A DNA stretch of 64,000 nt from Tubiluchus corallicola (taxonomy: Eukaryota > Animalia > Priapulida): positions 572,447 through 636,446 of the forward strand of contig JAQGDQ010000013.1 of NCBI GenBank assembly GCA_030141605.1, read 5' to 3'. The notes beneath the pieces were generated by a model. The model searched no databases and was not told the DNA's origin. It was given only the letters and a program-made list of their open reading frames with translations. Shown here piece after piece: positions 11,901 through 26,900 of this stretch; the stretch's first letter is position 1, and each line of letters starts with the position of its first letter. Both the position numbers and the translations under genes were made by a program.

Positions 11901-14900
11901 GCTAGCTGGAATGAATACAAGTTCGCCTCGTATTAACGTAATTAAAATGATGTCAGCAGCAAGCTTGATAAAATTTACGACTAGTTTGAAACGAAATGAA
12001 ATAATTTGAAACGACATATTACGAAATGAGCCGACATTTGTTGATGAAATAAAGCACTTTAGACATCAGACGTAAGAAAGTAACATTAGCAGTTTTAATA
12101 ACTTCGTTCCCAAAGAACTTCTGTTGTGGATAAAAGAGTGTCTCATTAAAATATGGTGCAAATTAAGAAGTTATACAGCGTATCAACTAGCAAAACTATC
12201 GGATGCGCAGATAGGTCACGTGATATGCTAAACTCACCTGATGATTTGTTTTATAAGCTGGTCTTTCATTGTTTCCCACAGTGATTTTGTATTAATCCCT
12301 TTGCTTTCCAAATATTGCCAGAATGTTCGAAGACTCCTAAAATTTAGACAGGTTGTACGGAAACAAATAAGAACAATTATGTCAACGAAATTATGATGCA
12401 ATTTTCGTTATTCTGGGTGTATTTAATAATTAACCCCATTAATCTATGGGCCAGAGTCCAGACCAAATATCCATACCATCTCAGAGGACAAATTGTAGTT
12501 GCATTTTTAATTTCTTATGCATCTCTAGGTTATATTTCATTTTCTGGACCATCCCCAAAATTTGTATATGGCAAGGAAGAGGCTACACAGTATTGCAAAT
12601 ATGTAGGTATTTGTTGTGTTTTGTTTCTCTCGGAAGGCTCGTAGAGAAAATCAGAAAAAACGCCGTCAAATAAAACTAGTTTATTTAGCGAGAATTCTAC
12701 AACACGAAAGTATGAAGGAACGAGAAACGATTACTATAAACGTGAAAATCTGGAAAACGTTTGAGTGTATCGGAAAATGTAAGTATACAAGTATATGTCC
12801 GTGCGAGATCTACGTCTGTCCCGTGTCGGCGGCCTGCTTTTCCTTATATAGTGCGCTGTAGAAACTTCCAGAAGGAATGTTCGAGAACCTTCCAGACGGC
12901 AAGGCGGTTATTCCAACGGAACATTCTACGATGTTCTATGTAATTCTAATTGATGCCAGCGATCTCCACAACAGTATTTAATGTTTACTTTGTTTAGTAT
13001 TATGCTATGGACCGTTGTCATCAACTGCACAGTAATAGAGAAAAATTTTGAATGCCCCATCTTGGCATATTACCCTAAAAACTGTTCCATTTCAGAATAG
13101 CCCAAAACCATTTACTAAATCCTGTTTAATTTTCCTAGGCTACTTTTTCCTACTGTAAGTTTCCATCTATACAAGTACTACTCTCAGCATTTCTATATAA
13201 AATCCCCGGTTCAGTGATTATTTAGAGTTGGGCAGTAGCTGGGCAAGCGTATTTCGTGAAATCACATTCTGCTTAAACATATTTGTGTTCAAATAAAACA
13301 TTGTAAAATTTTACTACATTCCAACATTATGCAATTTACTCACAATGGTGCCGCATCGATAACTGCAGTGATTATTAAAATAGCATATTACATCATTGTT
13401 TGACACAATTATGGCACATTGGTGATAGACCGCACCCTTCCCATTCGATCATAGCCTAAAATACCTTATTGAACATTCGAATTTGAATGTACTTTAACAG
13501 GACACTCATGCTCAAACTAGGTTCTTATTTTGACTAAAGTAAATGATCTGTATAGGTTACCCTTGACAACTGTGTCAATGCTGGCCTTTTATGAGTGCCA
13601 AATGACATCAAGCCTATATACCATATACGGCTAATAATGTAAAATGTTACTCACACCAACTAGCTACTGTTTACTTTAACAACAATACTGATAACAAGGT
13701 GAGATTTAGAAAATAGCTTGGGAAGTTCATTGCTTTTATCACTACATGAGCCGACATCATATCTTAATATGCATACGAAGCAGCAGTTGCTATGGTGACG
13801 ATGTGAAAATTATTTACCTTAGCAACGCTATAGTAATAGCTATGGTAAATACACTTTGTGTGTGCTGGTTGCCATATTACCAACGTGTTCTTGTCGAAAA
13901 CTTTCAAAAATTCCATTTAGAACAAAAAAGTGATTATTTTAGGACTTGCATCTGAAATGAATGCATAAATACACTTAAATAGCAACTTCAACTGATGATA
14001 GGTTTACCGTAGCACTTACTTTTGCAATATTGCAAATCATTAATCTACTGTCAGGAGTAGAAGTATTATTATTCTTTAAGTGAGGTGTTACTGCCCCGCC
14101 TTAAACTAATGCTTTCCAACCATTTTCTACTTGTGATGGTAAAGCAATAATGGATTCTTGGACAGGTTTCCATATTGTAACATCGAAAGTTTGCTCTCTT
14201 AATGTACTCTTTCACATTTTGTGGTAAATATGCAGCTAGTGAGACATTTTTTGTCAAACAATTTATATCGTACTACACTAGGTCTGATACGTTATGGATA
14301 ATTAGCTCCATACAAGGTACAATGAATCTTTTGCAATAAGTGGTAACATTAAGGTTGACTGTGCTAGGCTCATTCCGGGAGTACCACTTGCCATTCAAAT
14401 CAATTATATTTTGCTTCAGAAGTTGCAGTGACTTTTCTTGCTTATATTATCGATGTTCCCGGTGTTGTCATGCCGTGTCAGTGAACGAAGCGCTGCAAGA
14501 AGATGCATCTCATACATCTACGCTTGTCAGTGAACGAAGCGCTGCAAGAAGATGCATCTCATACATCTACGCTTGTCAGTGAACGAAGCGCTGCAAGAAG
14601 ATGTATCTCATACATCTACGTTTGAAATGACGGGATTTTTGTGCATTGCTATAAATCTTTTACTTTTGCCCGAACACGTACAGCACCAAAACTCTTCAAC
14701 GTCTAATTGGGCCTAGTGATATAGACACAATACGACTACATCTGTAATCAGAAGATTGAATGACAACTCGCTTTCCATTTGTTCCAGGGAAAGTCCATTA
14801 TAGGTTGCTTGCTGCTCGCAAAGTATTTGCAACATTTGGCTGCCAGCCTCTTTATGGTTGTAATGACGGCGTTCCTCATGGGTGATAGTAATTAGTAACT

Positions 14901-17900
14901 TATTCAATACGAGTAAGAAGCGCACTTAACTTTGGTAACGTTGCGAGACTGATACTAAGGCTTTTGAAATGCGAAGTTTTCCTTGTGGTTTATGTGTACC
15001 TGTTTCTGAATACAAAGCTTAATGAAAGATCAATTAACATTTCAAGGCTTTTATTCTACTGACAGACAAGCTGAGTAAATCAAGAAAAACAAAAAAAAAT
15101 AGATTACAATAATTAAAGATGGCCATTTCAAGAATTACAGCACAAGTTTTTGGTACCAAACAGTAGTAACTGCAGCTTTCACTGTCCATAAGAGTCTGTG
15201 CACAAGATATCACCAATTTGAGTAATCACTATTGAGCTCAAAAGTAAACTGTTACTTATCTCTGGAGTGAGCGCTCACTTCGTCAGTCCATTGGCAATCA
15301 CTGGGGTACACTCGCCGTCTCTCCATGGAAGGGATACCACATAGCATGCTTGACAGTATTAGGTGCCAGTCCGTCCACACCATGACAACAAGTGCTGGAT
15401 TGCTTATACTGTGTAGAAGGCTCAAAGTTGGTCTTTTCTCCGCTCAATTGCATTACAACACATTGTCCATTAGGATAGTATTACACCATTTACAACTGTC
15501 CAGGATTTTTCACAATAAAGCACCCGTTCAGCCAGTTTCAACAGATAAATCTTAAGTTTGTCCTCAAAATTATAAACCCAACATTTTAACTGCCATCATT
15601 TTCCAGACTACCCTACACACTTCTTAATATCAAAAGCACATTTTCCTATTACTGGAACAGTTCACTACATTTCTAGGTAGTTTGATACTTTAGACAGGTA
15701 ACTATAACACTATATAGGCTGAATGAGAAAGCAAAACACCCCTGTAATAAAGTAATAAGGCCGAAGCCAACACACTTTCAAAATGACCTGCATAACATTG
15801 ACATTTAGGTTACCTGTGGGGCAGATGTAGTTCATGGGTGCCTAGTACATTATTACAACAACAGCAATAAAAAATAAAGTAAACTATGCAGATAGTTTCC
15901 TTATACAAAATCAAACTAAGTTAGGCTTACTCAATCGAACAAAACATTTATCATTGAATAAATTGCATAGTATAATGTAGATAGGTGGTTGCTTGCAATG
16001 TGCAAGCACACACTTTAGCCCAGGGGTGGACCTAGTCTGGTCCATCACATAGCCCCCCCCCCCAAATTTTAGACTAATGTTTCCATGAAATACTAGTCTT
16101 TGAAAATCAAACCTGACAGGCCAGGCCTTAGTGCTCGTCTTTAACTTAAAAAAGTGGCATAAACAACCTTTGCCAGTTGAAATGTGCATGATAGTTTGTA
16201 CCAAAAGAATATCTGAAAGCTTTCTACTCCTCGCTTAGACTAGCAAAAAAAAATATTGGTTCTACCAGCTTCAAAATTCAAGAGTTTGGTACAAAAACAA
16301 AAAAAACTGAAAATGTCAAGTAGCCTTCCGTTGCTGTTATTTAGTGCCCGTACATTTCTTATGATTTGTGTTTGAAATTCTAGACAGACCATCAGCAACA
16401 TTCTGGGCACCTTTTATGTATTCGACTTTGAATGTGTATTCTTGTAATATGAGTGACCATCTAGCCAGTTTTCGGTTTTTATTTTTCATTCTTTGGAGCC
16501 ATGTTAAACATTGATGATCAGTCCTGATAGTGAAGGATCTTCCCATCAAGTAGTAGTTTAGTTTCTGTACAGCCCAAAGAATAGCCAGAAGCTCCAGTTC
16601 CACTGTGGCATAGTTTGCTCGGGTTTTGTGAGCTTTCGACTGATGTAGCTCACTACTTGCTCCATGCCCTCTGAATTAATCTGAGAAAGTACGCCACCTA
16701 AGCCCACATTGGAGGCATCGGTGCTGAGTATAAATTCTCGGCTAAAATCTGGAGCCATCAAGAAGGAATCTGAAGTTATTGCCTCTCTCAACTGGACAAA
16801 TGCTTCTTCTGCTTGTTCATTCCAGGCTACTTCATTTGGCAGGTGTTTCTTGGTCAACTCAAATAATGGCATGGCAGTGCTGCTGAAGTTTGGAACAAAG
16901 TTCCTATAAAAGCCTACAAATCCAAGAAAACTTCGAACATTTTTCTTGGTTATAGGATGCGGAAAATGCTTGATTCTTTCTAGTTTATCTGGTTGAGGCC
17001 TTGACATGTCTTTCCTAGCTGGTGTCCCTAGTCTATTTGTTGACACGCAAAAGTACACTTCTTGGGCTTCAATGTCTACTTGGCATTACCAAAACAGGAC
17101 TTCCGTTACTCTGGAGTGGCAAATGTCAACAATGCCTGAGCCTCATCGCGCTCGATCCAAGGTCGCAGTAAATTAATGTGAAAGTTACGCTCACGATTTT
17201 TCTTCCCTCGGAAAGCAATTTTGTAAACCTGGTCAGAGACCATTTCTAAGATTTGGTAAGGGCCTTTCCAAATGCAGTTTAGTTTCTTGGCACTCTTCGG
17301 CAGCAATACTAGAACTTTGCTACCTACTTCTAGCTTGCATTCCTGTGCCCTTTCATCATACCATTTTTTTCTGCAACAGCTGGGCTTGATGCAATGTGGC
17401 ATGTGCGTCGTTTGTGACTTGTTCCATCTTATGCATGAGTTCTTCCACAAAAGTATTGACTTCTGTCAATTGCTTTGGACGCGGTACATTGTATTTTTCT
17501 CGCAGTATGGTAAGCGGCCCTCTGATTGGGAAACCATACACGAGTTCATATGGTGAGTGCGACGTTGCACTCTGTGGGCAGTCTCGATATGCAAACAAGA
17601 CTAAAGGAATTAAATCGTCCCACTCCCAATCTCCCTCAGTTATCTGAAGCTTTCTGATCGATGACTTCAGGGTCTGATTAAATCTCTCCGGTAGGCCAGA
17701 GGGATGCGGGTGATATGCAGTGGCATAAATTCCTTTTATTCCCAGGACTGATTCAAGATCCTGTAATATTTGTGAGATAAATGCGGGGCCTTGATCTGAA
17801 ACGATTTCAGTCGGGGCTCCGTATGAAGCAATATAGCGCAGGAGTGCCTTGACTGTATCTTCGGCCGTTTGAGTCCTGGTAGGGCATACTTCGGGATACC

Positions 17901-20900
17901 GTGTGCTAAAATCTGTAACAACAAGAGCATATCTGCTACCCGATTTTGTTCGTGGAAGTGGGCCAACAAAGTCCATGCAGATCTTCTGGAATGGTAATTC
18001 ATTGACTGTAATAGGTTGCAACTTAGCACGATCGCTTGCTTTTCGTCTACTACATTTTTGACAGACTGGGCAGCTACGTACAAATCTTCGAATATCGCTA
18101 TGAATATGTGGCCAGTAAAATTCACGCAAAATCTTCTCTGTTGTCTTCTGGATCTCAAAATGTGCAGCTAACTTGTTGTCAGGAGCATGTTGAAGGACCT
18201 CAAGCCTACGCTTTTTGGGTAGGACAATCAAATCTTTACCATCAACGTCTTTTGCTCTTTTCAAATGTAGAAAGAGTAGGCTATCTCGGAAAAAATATCT
18301 TTTACCCAGACTTTTAGCCTGTTTCTCCGATATCACGTTGTCGTACAGGTGCTTTAAAGTAATGCAATTGTTTTGGTCCTGGATAAGTGCTTCTCGTGAC
18401 TGGCCGTGGTGAAAATTATCCTCTTTCACCGGGGCAGGTATCTTATGGTCTTCATCTTCCTGTCGCTCTATTTCCTCACGTTCTAACTCTTCATTGAATT
18501 GCTTTGCTTGTGACCGGGTCATGACTTGCAGAGCTGGTGTTGAGAATGGATGGGACACTCCATTCTGGTTAACCACCTGAGACTCCCTCGAGTGCTCATC
18601 TTCCTCTACATCTTTCTGCTCATCGTGATGGTCTTCTACCTGATGAGACTTTCCTGAACATTTTTTAAATCTGTTACCATCTGTTCGAAAAGATTGTTTC
18701 TTCCCAAACTTTTGGCCTCTAAGAACGCTATGTTTTGGACCAAGATTTTTAGAAGGCTGCAAAGTGGATTTAAAATTGTTACCAAGTAAGCACTCAGATG
18801 GAAGCTTGTTCTGGACTACAAACTCTAGGTCACCTTTGACAAGTTCGCACTCAATTGGCAGCCTTGCTACCCTACATGTACGATGGTCGCCATGCCCACA
18901 CAGAATCTGTTCTGTACGATCAGACAAAAATTGGTTTGCTCGTACGAATCTTCGATGTATGCAGTTCACATTTGCCGCAGTGTCACGTTGTACAATTACC
19001 TTGTGACCATTTACCGTGGCTGGAAAACAAAATGCTTCATCACTGGTCTGTGAAACATCAATGCAGTCTTTCTGCTTTGTTGACGCTAACTGGAGTTTGT
19101 TTCCTCGCTTTGCTTCTAGTGGTTTTGCCATTTGCCTGGATGATGGACACCTACTGGCCATGTGTCCTAATCCCCCACAATTGAAACATTTCCAAGAAGA
19201 AATTCTGGCTTCTTGGTTTGCAACTGGCTGCTTAGTTATGGCACCTTTAGAGTCTCTGGGTGGAAATTTCTTGAATTTGCTACATCCTCTGCTGTCCTGC
19301 TGAGGGTTAATTCCAAGTCTCCCCCTTCCGAGCACTCATACCTGTCACACTTCTCAGCTACTTCATCAAAATTGTTCCAGTTATTCCTCTTTACCCATTT
19401 GGCAATATCTTTAGGTACTCCAGTTAGGGCTTGTTCCAAGTAGAACAATTCTTTAACTTGTCCAAAAGTATGGACATTAGCTGCTTCTAGCCACAAATCT
19501 CCAGAATTTCGCACTCTTGTAAAATAAGCGCGATAACGCTCATCTGGTTTTCTAGTCAGCTTACGGAAAGTCTGCCTGTAACTGTCTGGTGTAAGCGAAA
19601 AGAAGGACAAGGCATGATTCTTTATCCTGTCATAATCTTGTAAGTCAGTTTGTGGGACACAGTTGTATGCCTGCAGTGATTTAGCATTCCCTGCTAAAGC
19701 TCGTGCGACTACACAAGGCCGGTCTGCTTTGGGGATACGATTGACTACCAGACATCTTTCTAAGTATCGAAAGTATTCCGCTAGGTCTGGAGATTCAGCA
19801 TCTTCACCAAAGTACTTTATACACAGGTTTCTGTATCACTCGTGTATACAAATACGTGTATCACTCGTAGTTCCCACTTGCGGTGCTGGTGTTGATGTCC
19901 AGGGAGCTTGCATTCCAGCTTCTATTTTCCGTAACTCCAACTCATATTCCTGTTTGTCTCTTTCTCGCTTGCGCTGGTGCTCCAATATGATTTGCAACTT
20001 GTTAGCATCAAAAGCTGCGTACATATTAACATCAACCTTAGGCAATTCCTCGACTTGTGTGTTAATTGTTGGGCTAACTGGCTGAACAAAATCTGGTGGA
20101 ACTGGTGGGGGTCGACCTAAACCGAGATCAAAATTATATTCAGAAGGTACGGGTGAGTGGGCAAGCTGAAGGGCTAGTTCCTCTTCATCATTAAAAGAAT
20201 CATTGCCAGCTTCTTTGTCTGAATGTTCAGTATGAAGCCTTACCCCTTGAGCCTGAAGTATTTTGTCTTCGTCTGGTACCTTGGGCTGACTGGGTTTAGT
20301 GTTGCAAACTTTTTGCCACACCATTATGGCTGTAACCAGCTGTTCATGACTCCGTCTTTCCCACTTTATACCCCGTTCTCGGGCTATACCCTGTAACTGT
20401 TCTAATTCCCGTGACTGGAGTTGTAACTGTGTGAACTCCAGAAATTCCATTGTGCTTTACTAACCCCGTTTAAGTTGTATGTATTATTTGTAAAAAAATA
20501 ACATGGTGTAATACAATTCCGTGTGTATATGACTGTAAGTCACTCAAAAATATTACATGTAGAGAAGTAACTTTGTGTTTACTTGTTATCTGTTGCCTGA
20601 TTGGAAAAAATTTATATCTTTGTTGTTATTCTGTCGTAGCAAATATTGTCCAGCAAAAAATTTACTAGCATAATTAATCAGGCATAGTGCAATAAAATTT
20701 TTGAACATCAAAAAATGTTGTGAAAAATAATTAAGGGTTTTACACACCGTATCTACCACAAAACTGCAGAATAATTACTATGAAACCTTGAAAATGTTCA
20801 GCTGCAAGTACACATAAGTAATAGCGAATCCCACCGCTGCCACCAGTGTAATGACGGTGTTCCTCCTGGGTGATAGTAATTAGTAACTTATTCAATACGA

Positions 20901-23900
20901 GTAAGAAGCGCACTTAACTTTGGTAACGTTGCGAGACTGATACTAAGGCTTTTGAAATGCGGAGTTTTCCTTGTGGTTTATGTGTACCTGTTTCTGAATA
21001 CAAAGCTTAATGAAAGATCAATTAACATTTCAAGGCTTTTATTCTACTGACAGACAAGCTGAATAAATCAAGAAAAACAAAAAAAAATAGATTACAATAA
21101 TTAAAGATGGCCATTTCAAGAATTACAGCACAAGTTTTTGGTACCAAACAGTAGTAACTGCAGCTTTCACTGTCCATAAGAGTTTGTGCACAAGATATCA
21201 CCAATTTGAGTAATCACTATTGAGCTCAAAAGTAAACTGTTACTTATCTCTGGAGTGAGCGCTCACTTCGTCAGTCCATTGGCAGTCACTGGGGTACACT
21301 CGCTGTCTCTCCATGGAAGGGATACTGCATAGCATGCTTGACAGTATTAGGTGCCAGTCCGTCCACACCATGAAAACAAGTGTTGGATTGCTTATACTGT
21401 GTAGAAGGCTCAAAGTTGGTCTTTTCTCCACTCAATTGCATTACAACACATTGTCCATTAGGATAGTATTACGCCATTTACAACTGTCCAGGATTTTTCA
21501 CAATAAAGCACCCGTTCAGCCAGTTTCAACAGATAAATCTTAGGTTTGTCCTCAAAATTATAAACCCAACATTTTAACTGCCATCATTTTCCAGACTACC
21601 CTACACACTTCTCAATATCAAAAGCACATTTTCCTATTACTGGAACAGTTCACTACATTTCTAGGTAGTTTGATACTTTAGACAGGTAACTATAACACTA
21701 TATAGGCTGAATGAGAAAGCAAAACACCCCTGTAATAAAGTAATAAGGCCGAAGCCAACACACTTTCAAAATGACCTGCATAACACTGACATTTAGGTTG
21801 CCTGTGGGGCAGATGTAGTTCTTGGGTGCCTAGTACATTATTACAACAACAGCAATAAAAAATAAAGTAAACTATGCAGGTAGTTTCCTTATACAAAATC
21901 AAACTAAGTTAGGCTTACTCAATCGAACAAAACATTTATCATTGAACAAATTGCATAGTATAATGTAGATAGTTGGTTGCTTGTAATGTGCAAGCACACA
22001 CTTTAGCCCCGGGGAGGACCTAGTCTGGTCCATCACAATGGTCTGATGCAAGAATAATCGATCTGGCTCATTTAAGGTCATCACATGAACAAATTGCAGC
22101 AAAGTTGTTTTCACTTAAAAACACAGAAAAATCTGCTAGTTAACATGCTAAAATTCTAGCACACACAAGTTGGCGGAAAACTCTCAAAACTGCAAAAAAA
22201 AACTGTTGGCCTTTACCAAAACGTGGGAATTTTGCAAAACATGGGTGTTGATACATCTTTAGCCGCTTTATTACTTAGTTACAGCGCAAAACCAGTTTTT
22301 TGGTTATGACGGACGTATTTTTCATTTTTAGTTTGACCTTAGTTTTTTTGGCAATGGCAGACAGTTTCTTGCAGTTTTGGGGGGTATTCCACTAACTTTT
22401 GTGCTGTCGATTTTTTCAGCACAATTTTGTGTACTAGATGCAAGTAAAAATATATTTATTGCAAATTGTTCACTTGAATGCCACTATTTGACTGGACTTT
22501 CATTTAGTTGTTTCGTCAGTGCACAGTCCTGCTGAATGAAAGATAGTTGATTTGATTTCTTTGTACTTTTTAAATTACAAACAAATTATTTTTTAGATTT
22601 AGTTGTAACTTTTAATATTGTTTTTCGTAACTGCTGCTGTGCTTTCCTCTTCTGAGACGTTCCTCAGATTTCATAGAATATTATACATGTATAGCAAAGG
22701 CCCCGCAAAAAATTTGCGTATAAATACACTTATAATCAATAATACGCGAACATCCTACATAGTCCTCATTTATAACGCAAAGCGAGCAGTAGTTTTTACT
22801 GAATTAAAGTGTTCCTACATAGTGTTCGTATATATATATATATATATATATAATAATCTTTATTTGCCATTAAAAACATTGATAATCACTGATAAAAACT
22901 TTACAGAGATAATCAATCAGTGTTAGTTAATAAAAACTTACACTGCTGAAGGCAAATGCGTCAGTGCAATCTAAACTACTGTGCAGTAATGACGAATAAA
23001 ATCAAACATATTTACAACCATACACAAAAAAAACAAAAAACAAACAAACTATGATTTAATTAATATGGCCGTGGGTATATGAATTTTGAATTAGTGTGTA
23101 TGTTGTCGTACTGGTGTGATGGTATTTCATATTTGGTTAATATTAGTGATTTTAATTTTGTTTTAAATGCTGATAGGATTTGTTTAACCTGTAATGGTAG
23201 AGAATTCCAAAGTAAAATTGCTTGTTTGATTACAGAGTTCGTTCCATAGTGGGTATTTGTCCTAATTTGTTTTAGATTGCTTGTTCTGGAATTAACGATA
23301 GGATTTGGAAAAAAGGTAAATCTATTATTCTGGAATGGTTTGCTGATGTTGTTAATGTATTTAAATATAAAAAGCAGAGTAAAATATTCTTTGTGTGCTT
23401 CAATGATTGGGAATTTTAAAGTTTTTCTCAGGTTAGTTGTTGAAGCTTTGAATTTTTGTCTACCTGCCTTATGTTTGTATGAGTACCCAGCTATCAATCT
23501 CAACGCATAGTTTTGAAGGAGATTTAAAAAAATAAAATAAGTAATTTTCTCTTTTGGATTTTTGAAGTAGCGTACATCCATATAAGAAGTGTGGTAGAAC
23601 TAAAGTTTTATATATTAGTGTTTTAGTTTCCTTTGTTAGTTGCCCTTTAACTTGTCGGAGATATGATGTGCTTGATGCCATTTTTGTGTATATGTTATTA
23701 AAGTGTTCATCCCATGAAAGATTATTGTCTACTTGTATGCCCAGGAATTTAACATTGTTAGTTTGTTTGATTACAGCATTATCTATTGTCAAAGTGGTTG
23801 ATGATGCATCATTAGTATTTAATGAGGGTGACAGTATCATGAATTCTGTTTTGTCATTATTCATTTTTAGCTTGTAATGACTAAATGCCATATTTATATT

Positions 23901-26900
23901 TTTTATATCTTCTTCTAAATAATTTTTTGCAGTTTGGACATTTTCATGGGCTATGTAGATTGTAGTGTCATCAGCGTATTGCGTTATTTGTGAGTGTTTT
24001 AATACACTGGATATGTTGTTTATATATAGGCAAAATAATAACGGACCTAGTAGTGTTCCTTGCGGTATACCTCTGTTTAACGTGGCCCAGTCAGAAAAGT
24101 TGGTTGTATCTAACTTTACTCGTTGTTGTCTATCTTTGAGATAATTTTGTATCAGTTTTAACGATATCGAATCTAATCCGATTTGTTTTAAATTATCGCA
24201 AAGTAGTTCGTGATTAATGCTATCGAAAGCTTTACTTAAATCCAAAAATGCTGCTAAAATGTATTGCTTGTTGTCTAAACTATGTCTCCAATTTTCTGTT
24301 GTGTGTATTAGGGCGTCAATGGTTGAATGGTGTTTACGGAAGCCAAACTGATGTTTTGATAAAAGTTCATATTTATTTACATATGAATTTATCTGATCAT
24401 AAATTACCCTTTCCCAAACTTTGCCAAAACAATGGATTACGGAAATTGGGCGATAATTCATGGGATCACATTTTGGATCTTTTTTATGGATTGGAGTCAC
24501 GTTTGCCATTTTACATACCGTTGGAAATTCGCCTCTCATAATTATCTGATTAGCAATGTAAGTCATATGCGGGGCTATTACAGATGCACTATCTTTTAGA
24601 ATTTTGATAGGAATATCTGATGGTCCACTCCCTTTGTTGGAACTTAGGTTATATAATATGTCGCTAATTTCTCCTACTGTGACACTTTTGAATGAGAATA
24701 CTGTGTTAGACGATTTGTTTTTTAATTTATTAATTATATTATTGCTAATATGAGAAGCCACTCCCTTAAAATTTCCAAGATTCAGGAATATTGCATTTAG
24801 CGCGTTGGCAATATCTTTGGGTTTTGTAATAACAGTGTTGTTGATCTTAATTTCGTCAACGCGCGTTAGTTTGTTACGGCATTTATTTATTACATTGTTA
24901 ATAGTCTTCCATTTTTCTTTGGTATAAGCAGTTTTCCAAGCGAAAATTGCCAAAAATAGAACATCTAATTAACTCGTCGGCTCTCCTCTTGGTGGACGTG
25001 TACTAAAACATAGCCCACATCATCGTGTAGCCCCGTTCTTTCTCTTTCTAACAAGCTACATATCTCCTTCCGAGAGTCCCACCAGGCGCCGCTAAAACGT
25101 TTTTTCCGCATGCTGTTTGGTCAAAATTTCGAAAAAATCCTAACACTAACACTGCGCAACTCGTCAGCCTCTTCAAACTTTTCCATAAAACTAATGACTT
25201 TGTTAAAAAATCTGAAAGGTCGCCAGATTCATGTCTTCAATGTTCCATTTTGCATAGATTAAATCATTGGCATGATTCATTGGCAGGATATGAAAATCTA
25301 TAAAACCAACACTTACCATGCATAATTAACCAGGGGAAATAAATTAAATTCCAGATTCGGTTGTTTATTCTTAAGGCTGACGTGATCGTTTGTAATATGA
25401 ACAAATCTGTTACTTTGGTCTCCAAGATTTGCAGAAAACCTGCAATAATAATAAGTATTAGAGCAATTATTATAGATGCATGTCCTACCTTTGGTTGCGA
25501 ACTCTATTAATATGGAGCCAAAAACAGCAACATCTATAGCAAGAAACAGTATTGCTTATCTTGAGTTTCTAAGCATAAAATTACTCAATAAATCTGTTTT
25601 AATGAGACCTGATATTATAAAAACAAAGTGCGGATTACTTAAGTCTGAAAATAAATATTTCCAACAGGAGATTTCACACTTACAGGCTTCTAAAGTTCAT
25701 CGCAAAAAGCTTAACTAGATCTACAATCTCAAGTAGATACATCTAAAAGCTCAAGTGTGTCTAAAAGCTCAAGTGCGTCTAAAAACCTCAGGTGCGTCTA
25801 AAAGCTCAAGTGCATCTAAAAGCTCAAGTGCGTCTAAAAGCTCAAGTGCGTCTAAAAGCTCAAGTGCGTCTAAAAGCTCAAGTGTGTCTAAAAGCTCAAG
25901 TGTGTCTAGAAGCTCAAGTGTGTCTAGAAGCTCAAGTGTGTCTAAAAGCTCAAGTGCGTCTAAAAGTTCAGGTGTGTCTAAAAGCTCAAGTGTGTCTAAA
26001 AGCTCAGGTGCGTCTAAAAGTTCAGGTACATCTAAAAGCTCAAGTACGTCTAAAAGCTCAAGTGCGTCTAAAAGCTCAAGTGCGTCTAAAAGCTCAAGTG
26101 TGTCTAAAAGCTCAGGTGCGTCTAAAAGTTCAGGTACATCTAAAAGCTCAAGTACGTCTAAAAGCTCAAGTGTGTCTAAAAGCTCAAGTGCGTCTAAAAG
26201 CTCAAGTGTGTCTAAAAGCTCAGGTGCGTCTAAAAGTTCAGGTACATCTAAAAGCTCAAGTACGTCTAAAAGCTCAAGTTTGTCTAGAAGCTCAAGTGTG
26301 TCTAAAAGCTCAAGTGCGTCTAAAAGCTCAAGTGTGTCTAGAAGCTCAAGTGCGTCTAGAAGCTCAAGTGTGTCTAAAAGCTCAAGTGTGTCTAGAAGCT
26401 CAAGTGTGTCTAAAAGCTCAAATGCGTCTAAAAGCTCAAGTGCGTCTAAAAGCTCAGGTGCGTCTAAAAGTTCAGGTGTGTCTAAAAGCTCAGGTACGTC
26501 TAAAAGTTCAGGTGTGTCTAAAAGCTCAGGTACGTCTAAAAGTTCAGGTGTGTCTAAAAGCTCAAGTACGTCTAAAAGCTCAAGTGCGTCTAAAACAGGG
26601 AAAGTGTAAACCAAATAGCTGTGTAAATAGGTAGTTGCCCATTTTCAATTGATGAAACATTTTACAAGACATCTGAAGAGGCTGAAAGGCTGAGATTGCC
26701 TCTTGATGAAATTCATTTTTCAGATTCACACAAACAAATTAGATTAGTGCTAAAGATTTGATGGGAAGTCAGTTTTTGAGTCAGCTTTGGGGTCTGTGGG
26801 GCTAGGAATCTGCAACTTTACAATTCAGTCTTTCAAAATATTTTATTAAGACCTACAAATAAAGCTATTCAAATCTTTTACATTTGACTTATCAATAACA

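Larger units (their letters stand above)
14859..22037 (-). mobile_element. Gmr1-like Ty3/gypsy LTR retrotransposon with both LTRs, RT core deleted
   Basis: LTRs of 1191 bp (14859-16049 and 20847-22037) have TG...CA ends. The 5-bp TSD ATGGT is at 14854-14858 and 22038-22042. The PBS is complementary to tRNA-Leu and there is a G-rich PPT at 16050-16063. Domain order is gag-PR-INT-(RT)-RH. Confidence 0.95.

Noticed and set aside
25755-26634. Ser/Lys-rich (SKSSSA)n ORF as a possible structural or substrate protein
   Set aside because: It is an 18-bp repeat that is open in several frames on both strands, has no ATG start or signal peptide, and lies in a TTLL-A intron.
26670-26715. Hammerhead-like CTGAAGA core
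   Set aside because: No proper stem II-GAAA or stems I and III could be built.
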